A stretch of 64,000 nucleotides of DNA from Ranitomeya imitator. Taxonomy: Eukaryota. The notes beneath the pieces were generated by a model. It made no database searches. It worked only from the letters and a program-made list of their open reading frames with translations, and was not told where the DNA came from. Shown one piece after another: positions 37,801-49,519 of this stretch. Made by a program: the position numbers and the translations under genes. The first letter of the stretch is position 1, and each line of letters starts with the position of its first letter. Location of the stretch: NCBI RefSeq assembly GCF_032444005.1, contig NC_091288.1, positions 217,434,001-217,498,000 on the forward strand, in the 5' to 3' direction.

Positions 37801-40800
37801 ACTGCTGAGCCGTGTATCTAATCCTACCCTGTGTGATACTGACTGCTGAGCCGTGTATCTAATCCTCTCCTGTGTGATACTGACTGCTGAGCCGTGTATC
37901 TAATCCTATCCTGTGTGATACTGACTGCTGAGTCGTGTATCTAATCCCATCCAGTGTGATACTGTCTGCTGAGCCGTGTATCTAATCCTCTCCTGTGTGA
38001 TACTGACTGCTGAGCTGTGTATCTAATCCTCTCCTGTGGAATACTGTCTGCTGAGCTGTGTATCTAATCCTCTCCTGTGGAATACTGTCTGCTGAGCTGT
38101 GTATCTAATCCTATCCTGTGTGATACTGACTGCTGAGCCGTGTATCTAATCCTCTCCTGTGTGATACTGACTGCTGAGCCGTGTATCTAATCCTCTCCTG
38201 TGTGATACTGTCTGCTGAGCTGTGTATCTAATCCTCTCCTGTGTGATACTGACTGCTGAGCCGTGTATCTAATCCTCTCCTGTGTGATACTGACTGCTGA
38301 GCCGTGTATCTAATCCTACCCTGTGTGATACTGACTGCTGAGCCGTGTATCTAATCCTCTCCTGTGTGATACTGACTGCTGAGCCGTGTATCTAATCCTA
38401 TCCTGTGTGATACTGACTGCTGAGTCGTGTATCTAATCCCATCCAGTGTGATACTGTCTGCTGAGCCGTGTATCTAATCCTATCCTGTGTGATACTGACT
38501 GCTGAGTCGTGTATCTAATCCCATCCAGTGTGATACTGTCTGCTGAGCCGTGTATCTAATCCTATCCTGTGTGATACTGCTGAGCCGTGTATCTAATCCT
38601 CTCCTGTGTGATACTGACTGCTGAGCCGTGTATCTAATCCTATCCTGTGTGATACTGACTGCTGAGTCGTGTATCTAATCCCATCCTGTGTGATACTGTC
38701 TGCTGAGCCGTGTATCTAATCCTATCCTGTGTGATACTGTCTGCTGAGCCGTGTATCTAATCCTCTCCTGTGTGATACTGACTGTTGAGCCGTGTATCTA
38801 ATCCTCTCCTGTGTGATACTGACTGCTGAGCTGTGTATCTAATCCTATCCTGTGTGATACTGTCTGCTGAGTTGTGTATCTAATCCTCTCCTGTGTGATA
38901 CTGACTGCTGAGTTGTGTATCTAATCCTCTCCTGTGTGATACTGTCTGCTGAGTTGTGTATCTAATCCTCTCCTGTGTGATACTGACTGCTGAGTTGTGT
39001 ATCTAATCCTATCCTGTGTGATACTGTCTGCTGAGTTGTGTATCTAATCCTCTTCTGTGTGATACTGACTGCTGAGCCGTGTATCTAATCCTCTCCTGTG
39101 TGATACTGACTGCTGAGCTGTGTATCTAATCCTATCCTGTGTGATACTGACTGCTGAGCCGTGTATCTAATCCTCTCCTGTGTGATACTGACTGCTGAGC
39201 CGTGTATCTAATCCTCTCCTGTGTGATACTGTCTGCTGAGCCGTGTATCTAATCCTATCCTGTGTGATACTGACTGCTGAGCCGTGTATCTAATCCTCTC
39301 CTGTGTGATACTGTCTGCTGAGTTGTGTATCTAATCCTCTTCTGTGTGATACTGACTGCTGAGCCGTGTATCTAATCCTATCCTGTGTGATACTGACTGC
39401 TGAGTTGTGTATCTAATCCTCTCCTGTGTGATACTGTCTGCTGAGCCGTGTATCTAATCCTCTCCTGTGTGATACTGTCTGCTGAGCCGTGTATCTAATC
39501 CTCTCCTGTGTGATACTGACTGCTGAGCCGTGTATCTAATCCTATCCTGTGTGATACTGACTGCTGAGCCGTGTATCTAATCCTCTCCTGTGTGATACTG
39601 TCTGCTGAGTTGTGTATCTAATCCTCTTCTGTGTGATACTGACTGCTGAGCCGTGTATCTAATCCTATCCTGTGTGATACTGACTGCTGAGTTGTGTATC
39701 TAATCCTCTCCTGTGTGATACTGACTGCTGAGCCGTGTATCTAATCCTCTCCTGTGTGATACTGTCTGCTGAGCCGTGTATCTAATCCTCCCCTGTGTGA
39801 TACTGTCTGCTGAGCCGTGTATCTAATCCTCTCCTGTGTGATACTGTCTGCTGAGTTGTGTATCTAATCCTCTCCTGTGTGATACTGACTGCTGAGCCAT
39901 GTATCTAATCCTATCCTGTGTGATACTGACTGCTGAGCAGTGTATCTAATCCTCTCCTGTGTGATACTGACTGCTGAGCCGTGTATCTAATCCTCTCCTG
40001 TGTGATACTGTCTGCTGAGCCGTGTATCTAATCCTATCCTGTGTGATACCGTCTGCTGAGCCGTGTATCTAATCCTCTCCTGTGTGATACTGACTGCTGA
40101 GCCGTGTATCTAATCCTACCCTGTGTGATACTGACTGTTGAGCCGTGTATCTAATCCTCTCCTGTGTGATACTGTCTGCTGAGCTGTGTATCTAATCCTC
40201 TCCTGTGTGATACTGACTGCTGAGCCGTGTATCTAATCCTACCCTGTGTGATACTGACTGCTGAGCCGTGTATCTAATCCTATCCTGTGTGATACTGACT
40301 GCTGAGCCGTGTATCTAATCCTCTCCTGTGTGATACTGACTGCTGAGCCGTGTATCTAATCCTCTCCTGTGTGATACTGACTGCTGAGCCGTGTATCTAA
40401 TCCTACCCTGTGTGATACTGACTGTTGAGCTGTGTATCTAATCCTCTCCTGTGTGATACTATCTGCTGAGCCGTGTATCTAATCCTCTCCTGTGTGATAC
40501 TGACTGTTGAGCTGTGTATCTAATCCTCTCCTGTGTGATACTGACTGCTGAGCCGTGTATCTAATCCTCTCCTGTGTGATACTGACTGCTGAGCCGTGTA
40601 TCTAATCCTCTCCTGTGTGATACTGACTGCTGAGCCGTGTATCTAATCCTACCCTGTGTGATACTGACTGTTGAGCTGTGTATCTAATCCTCTCCTGTGT
40701 GATACTATCTGCTGAGCCGTGTATCTAATCCTCTCCTGTGTGATACTGACTGTTGAGCTGTGTATCTAATCCTCTCCTGTGTGATACTGACTGCTGAGCC

Positions 40801-42545
40801 GTGTATCTAATCCTACCCTGTGTGATACTGACTGTTGAGCTGTGTATCTAATCCTCTCCTGTGTGATACTATCTGCTGAGCCGTGTATCTAATCCTCTCC
40901 TGTGTGATACTGACTGTTGAGCTGTGTATCTAATCCTCTCCTGTGTGATACTGACTGCTGAGCCGTGTATCTAATCCTACCCTGTGTGATACTGACTGTT
41001 GAGCCGTGTATCTAATCCTCTCCTGTGTGATACTGACTGCTGAGCCGTGTATCTAATCCTACCCTGTGTGATACTGACTGCTGAGCCGTGTATCTAATCC
41101 TCTCCTGTGTGATACTGTCTGCTGAGCCGTGTATCTAATCCTACCCTGTGTGATACTGACTGCTGAGCTGTGTATCTAATCCTCTCCTGTGTGATACTGA
41201 CTGCTGAGCTGTGTATCTAATCCTATCCTGTGTGATACTGACTGCTGAGCTGTGTATCTAATCCTCTCCTGTGTGATACTGCCTGCTGAGCCGTGTATCT
41301 AATCCTATCCTGTGTGATACTGACTGCTGAGCCGTGTATCTAATCCTATCCTGTGTGATACTGACTGCTGAGCTGTGTATCTAATCCTCTCCTGTGTGAT
41401 ACTGTCTGCTGAGCCGTGTATCTAATCCTACCCTGTGTGATACTGACTGCTGAGCCGTGTATCTAATCCTCTCCTGTGTGATACTGTCTGCTGAGCCGTG
41501 TATCTAATCCTCTCCTGTGTGATACTGACTGCTGAGCTGTGTATCTAATCCTCTCCTGTGTGATACTGACTGCTGAGCCGTGTATCTAATCCTCTCCTGT
41601 GTGATACTGTCTGCTGAGCTGTGTATCTAATCCTCTCCTGTGTGATACTGACTGCTGGGCTGTGTATCTAATCCTCTCCTGTGTGATACTGCCTGCTGAG
41701 CCGTGTATCTAATCCTCTCCTGTGTGATACTGTCTGCTGAGCCGTGTATCTAATCCTCTCCTGTGTGATACTGACTGCTGAGCTGTGTATCTAATCCTCT
41801 CCTGTGTGATACTGACTGCTGGGCTGTGTATCTAATCCTCTCCTGTGTGATACTGCCTGCTGAGCCGTGTATCTAATCCTCTCCTGTGTGATACTGTCTG
41901 CTGAGCCGTGTATCTAATCCTCTCCTGTGTGATACTGTCTGCTGAGCCGTGTATCTAATCCTCTCCTGTGTGATACTGACTGCTGAGCCGTGTATCTAAT
42001 CCTATCCTGTGTGATACTGACTGCTGAGCTGTGTATCTAATCCTCTCCTGTGTGATACTGACTGCTGAGCTGTGTATCTAATCCTCTCCTGTGTGATACT
42101 GACTGCTGAGCCGTGTATCTAATCCTCTCCTGTGTGATACTGTCTGCTGAGCCGTGTATCTAATCCTATCCTGTGTGATACTGTCTGCTGAGCCGTGTAT
42201 CTAATCCTATCCTGTGTGATACTGACTGCTGAGCCGTATATCTAATCCTATCCTGTGTGATACTGACTGCTGAGCCGTGTATCTAATCCTCTCCTGTGTG
42301 ATACTGACTGCTGAGCCGTGTATCTAATCCTCTCCTGTGTGATACTGACTGCTGAGCCGTGTATCTAATCCTCTCCTGTGTGATACTGACTGCTGAGCCG
42401 TGTATCTATTCCTCTCCTGTGTGATACTGACTGCTGAGCCGTGTATCTAATCCTCTCCTGTGTGATACTGACTGCTGAGCCGTGTATCTAATCCTCTCCT
42501 GTGTGATACTGACTGCTGAGCCGTGTATCTAATCCTATATTGTGT
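34824..42545. repeat. 41-bp satellite family A, ~7.7 kb, ~188 copies
   Basis: Same unit as 15991-17108; internal 492-bp (12-unit) duplication, e.g. the CCTACCCT variant at 37823 and 38315. Confidence 0.99.
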
Positions 42546-42654
42546 GATACCGTCTCGGTAACCCCTCAGCACTACTCCCCCCATCATCTCATCTCTGACT
42601 GTGACAAATTTATAATCCTCATATGACTATAAAATTAATAAAGTCTGTACCCTT

Positions 42655-42937
42655 AACAAAGATGGCGGATACGGAACTTCCACTTTTTCCGGAAGTGCCT
42701 CTCCGGAGTCAGCATTTCGGAACTCTATGATTTCTCTTATCTAATTTTGACACGTTGCACGTCAGGCCACGTCACCAGGCCGGAGCATTCTGGGAAATGT
42801 AGTGTTCTTGAGTGACGTCATCCTTTGATTTAACTGAGGATCCGTACGTACGCGGACTACAAGTCCCGGCTCCACGTTGTCTCTGGAGTAGTAATTGAAG
42901 CCGGCTCTGTAGTAGAGCGAGGCGCGGATACGTGAAC
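42655..42937 (+). promoter_or_regulatory. CpG-rich housekeeping-type promoter of the EHD/dynamin-like gene
   Basis: YY1-type AAGATGGCGG (42659-42668), ETS/GABP CCGGAAGTG (42689-42697), ZNF143/THAP11 SBS GCATTCTGGGAAATGTAGT (42785-42803), CRE TGACGTCA (42813-42820), second ACTACAAGTCCC (42856-42867). Confidence 0.8.
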
Positions 42938-45900
42938 ATGTCCGGGAAAGTGAAGGTTCGGGCCGCTGCTAATGCGGAGGCGATGGCCGGGACCGTGTCC
43001 GTTAATGAGCGGATCCTGAGAGACTGCCACAACCTGTACACGGACGCTGAGAACGGTGAGAACCGGCAGCGTGTGTCTGTATATACAGTGTGTGTGTGTC
43101 CGCTCCTGTGCCCCGGCACGGTGTGTGTGTGTCCGCTCCTGTGCCCCTGCACGGTGTGTGTGTGTCCGCTCCTGTGCCCCTGCACGGTGTGTGTGTGTCC
43201 GCTCCTGTGCCCCTGCACGGTGTGTGTGTGTCCGCTCCTGTGCCCCGGCACGGTGTGTGTGTCCGCTCCTGTGCCCCTGCACGGTGTGTGTGTGTGTCCG
43301 CTCCTGTGCCCCTGCACGGTGTGTGTGTGTCCGCTCCTGTGCCCCCTGCACGGTGTGTGTGTGTCCGCTCCTGTGCCCCTGCACGGTGTGTGTGTGTCCG
43401 CTCCTGTGCCCCTGCACGGTGTGTGTGTGTCCGCTCCTGTGCCCCTGCACGGTGTGTGTGTGTCCGCTCCTGTGCCCCTGCACGGTGTGTGTGTGTCCGC
43501 TCCTGTGCCCCTGCACGGTGTGTGTGTGTCCGCTCCTGTGCCCCTGCACGGTGTGTGTGTGTCCGCTCCTGTGCCCCTGCACGGTGTGTGTGTGTCCGCT
43601 CCTGTGCCCCTGCACGGTGTGTGTGTGTCCGCTCCTGTGCCCCTGCACGGTGTGTGTGTGTCCGCTCCTGTGCCCCTGCACGGTGTGTGTGTGTCCGCTC
43701 CTGTGCCCCTGCACGGTGTGTGTGTGTCCGCTCCTGTGCCCCGGCACTGTGTGTGTGTGTGTCCGCTCCTGTGCCCCGGCACTGTGTGTGTGTCCGCTCC
43801 TGTGCCCCGGCACTGTGTGTGTGTCCGCTCCTGTGCCCCTGCACGGTGTGTGTGTCCGCTCCTGTGCCCCGGCACTGTGTGTGTGTCCGCTCCTGTGCCC
43901 CGGCACTGTGTGTGTGTGTGTCCGCTCCTGTGCCCCGACACTGTGTGTGTGTGTGTCCGCTCCTGTGCCCCTGCACTGTGTGTGTGTGTGTCCGCTCCTG
44001 TGCCCCTGCACGGTGTGTGTGTGTGTCCGCTCCTGTGCCCCGGCACGGTGTGTGTGTGTGTCCGCTCCTGTGCCCCTGCACGGTGTGTATGTGTGTCCGC
44101 TCCTGTGCCCCGGCACTGTGTGTGTGTGTGTCCGCTCCTGGGCACCTGTGCGCCCTGGATTATTGTATTGTGCTAGATGCCCCCGGTAGCTGGCCTGTGT
44201 CTTGGCTACGTGCACACGGTCAGTACACGTTGCGGGTTGGACTTGTGTACAGTATAGTGGCTGTCTTCAAGAAATCCCATCTCCACTGAGTGCACCGACG
44301 CCGACAGCTCACCCGCGGAGACAGACATGTGGTGCGTCTCTCCAGACTGCAGCATATCTATCTTGTGGAAGCGCTCGGTCTCTGTAAGGCTACGTTCACA
44401 TTCGCGTCTTTGGACGTGAAACGCACGCAAAAACGCATTGTTTTGTGACACATGCGTCCATTTTTGGCTTGATTTTGGACGCAAAAAAAATGCAACTTGC
44501 TGCGTCCTCTGCGCCTTGACGCTTGCGCCAAAAAAGACGCATGCATCACAAAACGCAAGACAACGCATGTCCATGCGCCCCCATGTTAAATTTAGGGGCG
44601 CATGACGCATGTGTCGCCGTGGCTGCGCCCGACGCAGCCCCGCAAACCGCTAATGTGAACGTAGCCTATGATCTCACCGTACAATGTATCAGACGCGGTG
44701 ATTCCGCACAGTTCAGTGATCACAAAGGATTCACCTGCGTCCAATAGCCGGCAGCGGACATGTGCTGCGTCCAAAGTGCTGCCGATTCCTGACCGTGTGC
44801 TCGGACCCTAACACTGTGGCCCCTCCTGGCTGGGTCCTGGCCCCCAGTATACAGTCCCGTCCCCCCGTGTGTGCACATTTCACCGCTCGTCTCCTCTCTG
44901 CAGGTCTCATTGCTCTCGCCTCGCACCTCGGCCTCACGTTCCTCCCCCCGAGGAAGAAGATCACCGTGATGTTAATGGGAAATCACTCGGCCGGGAAGAG
45001 CAGCTTCATCAACTGGTGAGGGTGGTCCGGGGTGTGGTGGTCCCGGTGGGGTGCTCTGCTGCTCGGGGGTTGCCCCTGGGTCTGTTAACGGTGGTGGTGG
45101 GGGGGTTCCGCTCCTGGTGGGGTGCGTTGCTGCTAGTGAGGGGGTGCGCTGCAGCTACCCGGGGGAGGCGAGTATGAGCGTGGACTGGTGCGTCCTGCGG
45201 AGGGTCCGGCGTTAACCGCTCCCCCCGCTTGTGACCAGGACGTGTGACACATATTCGGGGGAGTATAATGACCCCCAACATCTGTACCCTTCCCCCACAA
45301 CTGCTTATTCTTTCATGTGCGTTTCCAACTCCTGATTTGGTCCCGGCAGATTATTGGGCCCCGGCCCCTCATGGTGTCTCCGTCCTCCGCAGGTACATAG
45401 AGGAGCACATACAGCGGACCGGCGTCGCCATAGAAACACAAGGATTTGCCTTCATAACGAGCGGCCGCAAGAGGGAGTCACTGACGGTGAGCAGAGGGCG
45501 GCGGGGATCGGACATTCTCCAGGGACGGGGGTCAGATTGTCAGCGTCGGGGCGGCTCCCACCGCTCTCACTCCTGTCTCTGATCTTTCACAGGGCGACGC
45601 CACCCTCCACCTGTACCCGCACTTCAAGCCCCTGCAGTCCTTCCAGGGTAAGGAACCACCGCTGATGAGGAGGGCACCTGACCGGTGTCTGCCACCGCTG
45701 ATGAGTAGGGTGCCTTCTCACCGACTGGTGTCTGCCGCCACTGATGAGGAGAGCGCCTTCTCACCGACTGGTGTCTGCCACCACTGATGAGGAGGGCGCC
45801 TTCTCACCGACTGGTGTCTGCCACCACTGATGAGGAGGGCACCTTCTCACCGACTGGTGTCTGCCACCACTGATGAGGAGGGCGCCTTCTCACCGACCGG

Positions 45901-48900
45901 TGTCTGCCACCACTGATGAGGAGGGCGCCCGCTCACCGACCGGTGTCTGCCATCGCTGAGGAGGAGGGCGCCCATTCACCGACCGGTATCTGCCACCGCT
46001 GATGAGGAGGGCGCCCACTCACCGACCGGTGTCTGCCACCGCTGATGAGGAGGGCGCCCACTCACCGACCGGTGTCTGCCACCGCTGATGAGGAGGGCGC
46101 CCACTCACCGACCGGTGTCTGCCACCACTGATGAGGAGGGCGCCTTCTCACCGACCGGTGTCTGCCATCGCAGATGAGGAGGGCGCCTGACCGGTATCTG
46201 CCATCGCTGATGAGGAGGGCGCCTTCTCACCGACCGGTGTCTGCCACCACTGATGAGGAGGGCGCCTTCTCACCGACCGGTGTCTGCCATCGCTGAGGAG
46301 GAGGGCGCCCACTCACCGACCGGTATCTGCCACCGCTGATGAGGAGGGCGCCCACTCACCGACCGGTGTCTGCCACCGCTGATGAGGAGGGCGCCCACTC
46401 ACCGACCGGTATCTGCCACCACTGATGAGGAGGGCGCCTTCTCACCAACCGGTGTCTGCCACCACTGATGAGGGCGCCTTCTCACCGACCGGTGTCTGCC
46501 ACCACTGATGAGGAGGGCGCCTTCTCACCGACCGGTGTCTGCCACCACTGATGAGGAGGGCGCCTTCTCACCGACCGGTGTCTGCCACCACTGATGAGGA
46601 GGGCGCCCGCTCACCGACCGGTTAAGTAAATAAGGCAGCACACTGTAGCGCTGAAACATGCAAATATGAAACACGAAAATTGAACTGCATTACTGCACTA
46701 GAAATATGAAAAATGAGAGCGTTTAGCGCATAAAAATGGCCAATTTTATGTGTACCTGGTAGCCCCTTTACGGCATCTCTCTTATACCAGGTCCTACACT
46801 TGCCTTACCTCGCTGAGCAGGTCCAATACCCCTCCACAGAGAGAGAGAATTTTAGTCTAGGAAGAGGTTTCACATGCACCCATTCAGATGGAGACGTTTA
46901 TTCTCAGCGAGGTAAGGCAAGCGTAGGACCTGGTATAAGAGAGATGCCGTAAAGGGGCTACCAGGTACACATAAAATTGGCCATTTTTATGCGCTAAACG
47001 CTCTCATTTTTCATATTTCTAGTGCAGTAATGCAGTTCAATTTTCGTGTTTCATATTTGCATGTTTCAGCGCTACAGTGTGCTGCCTTATTTACTTAACT
47101 ATATACGAGTTGGCGACTCTGGGTTCAGCACCTGTTCACACTTAGTCTGTTTGGATGTGCCGGTCAGGTTTTTGAAATGTTCGCTCACCGACCGGTGTCT
47201 GCCACCACTGATGAGTAGGGCTCCCCCTGACCGGTGTCTGCCATCACTGATGAGGGCACCTGACCGGTGTCTGCCACCGCTGATGAGGGCGTCTGACCGG
47301 TGTCTGCCATCGCAGATGAGGAGGGCGCCTGCTCACCGACTGGTGTCTGCCATCGCAGATGAGGAGGGCGCCCCCTGACCGGTGTCTGCCACTGCTGATG
47401 AGGAGGGCGCCCCCTGACCGGTGTCTGCCACCGCTGATGAGGAGGGCGCCCCCTGACCGGTGTCTGCCACTGCTGATGAGGAGGGCGTCTGACCGGTGTC
47501 TGCCACTGCTGATGAGGAGGGCGCCCCCTGGTGTCCTCTGCTCGGCCTCTCCTGACTCGTGCCCCCTCTCCCGCAGGCGTGTCTGAATACCTGTGCACGG
47601 AGATCTCCACCTCGCGGCAGAAGAAGTTCAGCCTGGTGACGTTCGTGGACACCCCGGGGCTGGTGGACGGGGACATGAAATACCCCTTTGATGTGAACAG
47701 AGCCCTCTTGTGGCTGGGTGAGTGTACTGCTGTAGTAGAGCCGGTTATGGGGTGCAGCGGACCAGATTGCTGCATTTTAATCTGGTGTCCAACTGTATGG
47801 AAATTCTGCTAATCCGGGATGGGATGAGAAGTGAGGGTCTGACACTCGGACCCCCATTGACCATTTAGAGAGCGCGGGACGAGCGGGGAATCTCTGTAGC
47901 AGATTATCAGTGGGAGGCGACAGTCCGATAATCCGGCCCGTGTCTCTCAGGGGAGCTCTGCGACCTGGTGCTGGTCTTCTTCGACCCCATGGGGCAGGCG
48001 CTGTGTAAGCGCACCCTGGACATCGTGGAGAAGATCAACGAGAGCCACGGGGACAAACTGCACTTCTACCTGAGCAAAGCGGACGAGGCCGGAGGGGAGA
48101 GCGACCGGCAGGTGAGCGCCAGTGCTGCTCTAGTCGCCTCCAAAGCTGCGGCTGTTGTTGCTTTCTGGACACTACTTTTCTCGCAGGAGGCTGAATTACG
48201 ATCGCAGCTCTGGATGTGACCCGTGTCTTTCCTTGCAGAGAGTCCTGATGCAGATTGTCCAGGAGTTGTGCAAGCGGCCGGGGCTGAACAAGTGCGGCTT
48301 CGACATGCCGACCATCTACATCCCGAACCCCAATAAGGTGAGACCCCCGGACTGACGGCAGGAGGCGCTGCTGCCCCCTGGTGTCCGCTGACAGTTATAC
48401 TGACTCGTTCCAGCCGAGTCGCTGCGTCAATCAGATCGAGGACGTGTGTAAGACCATCGAGAAGACCATCACCCAGACCGTGCAGACCACCCTCAACGCC
48501 CTGGGCAGAGACTGCCAGAAACTGAGCGAGGGCATCGAGAGCAAACTGCGGGAGGACGAGTGAGCGCCGGTCACAGGGGTGGGGGGTCTCGGCTAGTCCG
48601 GAGCGTGTGTGTGACCCTCTCCTCCCACCGCAGTGACACCGTGTGGAGGAACAGACGGGCCCGGCTGCGCGGCTGCCTCTTCGGGCTGACGGGATTCCTG
48701 CTCCCGCTCTTCCTCTTCGCCTCCATCTTGTTCGGGGTCCTCCCCCGCCAGCTGTGGCTGAGTCTCCTGGGGCTGTCCGGAGTGGAGACGCTGGAGCTCT
48801 ACCTGGTGAGGATGGGGGGAGTAGTCCTTACTATGGGGTCGTCTCATCAGAAGAACTTACCGCCGCTGCTGTTCTTTCCCGCCGCAGTCTCCGCTGCACA

Positions 48901-49298
48901 CGCTGTGGTCCATGGTCCCGGAGGACTACGTGCTCTACACCTTCCTCGGGCTGCTGCTCCTCACCCTGCTCTTCCTGCTCCTGGCGCAGAGATGTTTCAG
49001 GTACCCGGCGCCCCCTCCTGGCCGTTCTCCCGAGCGAGCGCCCCCCCGTCGTCTGACCCGCACTCTTCTCTTTCCTTCCCAGAACCCAGGAGACTCTGAG
49101 CAAGAAACAACGCCGCTACTTGCTGGACCGCCGCGCCTACGTCACCGAGGTGGTGGAGCACAAGCGGGTAAGAGCGACTGTCTGCAGCGCTGCACATGGT
49201 GCCGCCCGTCGGCTGCTTCTCACCGTTATCTCTCCCATCAGAAGCGGCTGTACGAGGATTACCTGAAGCAGAGCGTGGGCGAACACGACATGAGCTGA
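42938..49298 (+). CDS. Uncharacterised EHD/dynamin-superfamily P-loop NTPase with two C-terminal transmembrane segments, 450 aa
   Basis: 12 exons: 42938-43055, 44904-45015, 45393-45486, 45593-45647, 47577-47717, 47951-48111, 48239-48337, 48414-48559, 48634-48805, 48888-49000, 49083-49167, 49242-49298 (1353 nt, all GT-AG, phases consistent, no internal stop). G1 GNHSAGKS, G3 DTPG, G4-like SKAD; hydrophobic segments CLFGLTGFLLPLFLFASILFGVL and YVLYTFLGLLLLTLLFLLLA. Confidence 0.88.
43086..44140. repeat. ~33-bp GT-rich minisatellite, ~32 copies, in intron 1 of the NTPase gene
   Basis: Unit CGG(TG)nTCCGCTCCTGTGCCCCTGCA with variable (TG)n; starts ~30 bp after the exon 1 donor. Confidence 0.97.
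44388..44666. mobile_element. MITE, PIF/Harbinger (Tourist)-like, 279 bp
   Basis: 15-bp TIR GGCTACGTTCACATT / AATGTGAACGTAGCC; flanks TAA and TAT (TWA-type TSD with one mismatch); internal palindromic structure. Confidence 0.75.
45655..47530. repeat. 43-bp GC-rich minisatellite (36-39-bp variants to the right), interrupted at 46622-47181
   Basis: Unit CTCACCGACCGGTGTCTGCCACCACTGATGAGGAGGGCGCCTT; lies in intron 4 of the NTPase gene. Confidence 0.95.
46622..47181. mobile_element. 560-bp insertion with 197-bp inverted arms; possibly Penelope-like
   Basis: Arms 46621-46817 and 46903-47099 are reverse complements with one mismatch; 85-bp spacer; 14-bp TSD CGCTCACCGACCGG (46608-46621, 47182-47195). 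The family assignment is inference only. Confidence 0.7.
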
Positions 49299-49519
49299 GG
49301 GCGGCCGTCACCCACAGGGACCCCCACACTACACGGTGCCACCCTGCCCACCGGCACGACGGTACCGTCCGCGGGACGTCACCACCAGCAATAACTACGG
49401 AGCGCCGCTCCTGCCCCCCAATTATGCAAGAACAGACTGCCCGAATCATGGCGTCCTATAGGGACGAGACACTGCCAAACTGTGCCAAGCAATGTGGTGC
49501 AGATGTAGCAGAGCTGTGC

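Noticed and set aside
34824-42545. TGACTGCTGAGC in satellite A as an antioxidant-response (NRF2/MAF) element array next to detoxification genes
   Set aside because: Spacing does not fit TGACnnnGC on either strand; only a TGCTGA half-site is present.
42772-44289. 350-450-aa Cys/Val- or His/Thr-rich ORFs
   Set aside because: Translations of the 33-bp (TG)n minisatellite; only 42938-43055 is a real exon.
45655-47530. CTGATGAG in each 43-bp unit, resembling a hammerhead ribozyme core
   Set aside because: The unit lacks the GAAA half of the core and the three-stem arrangement.
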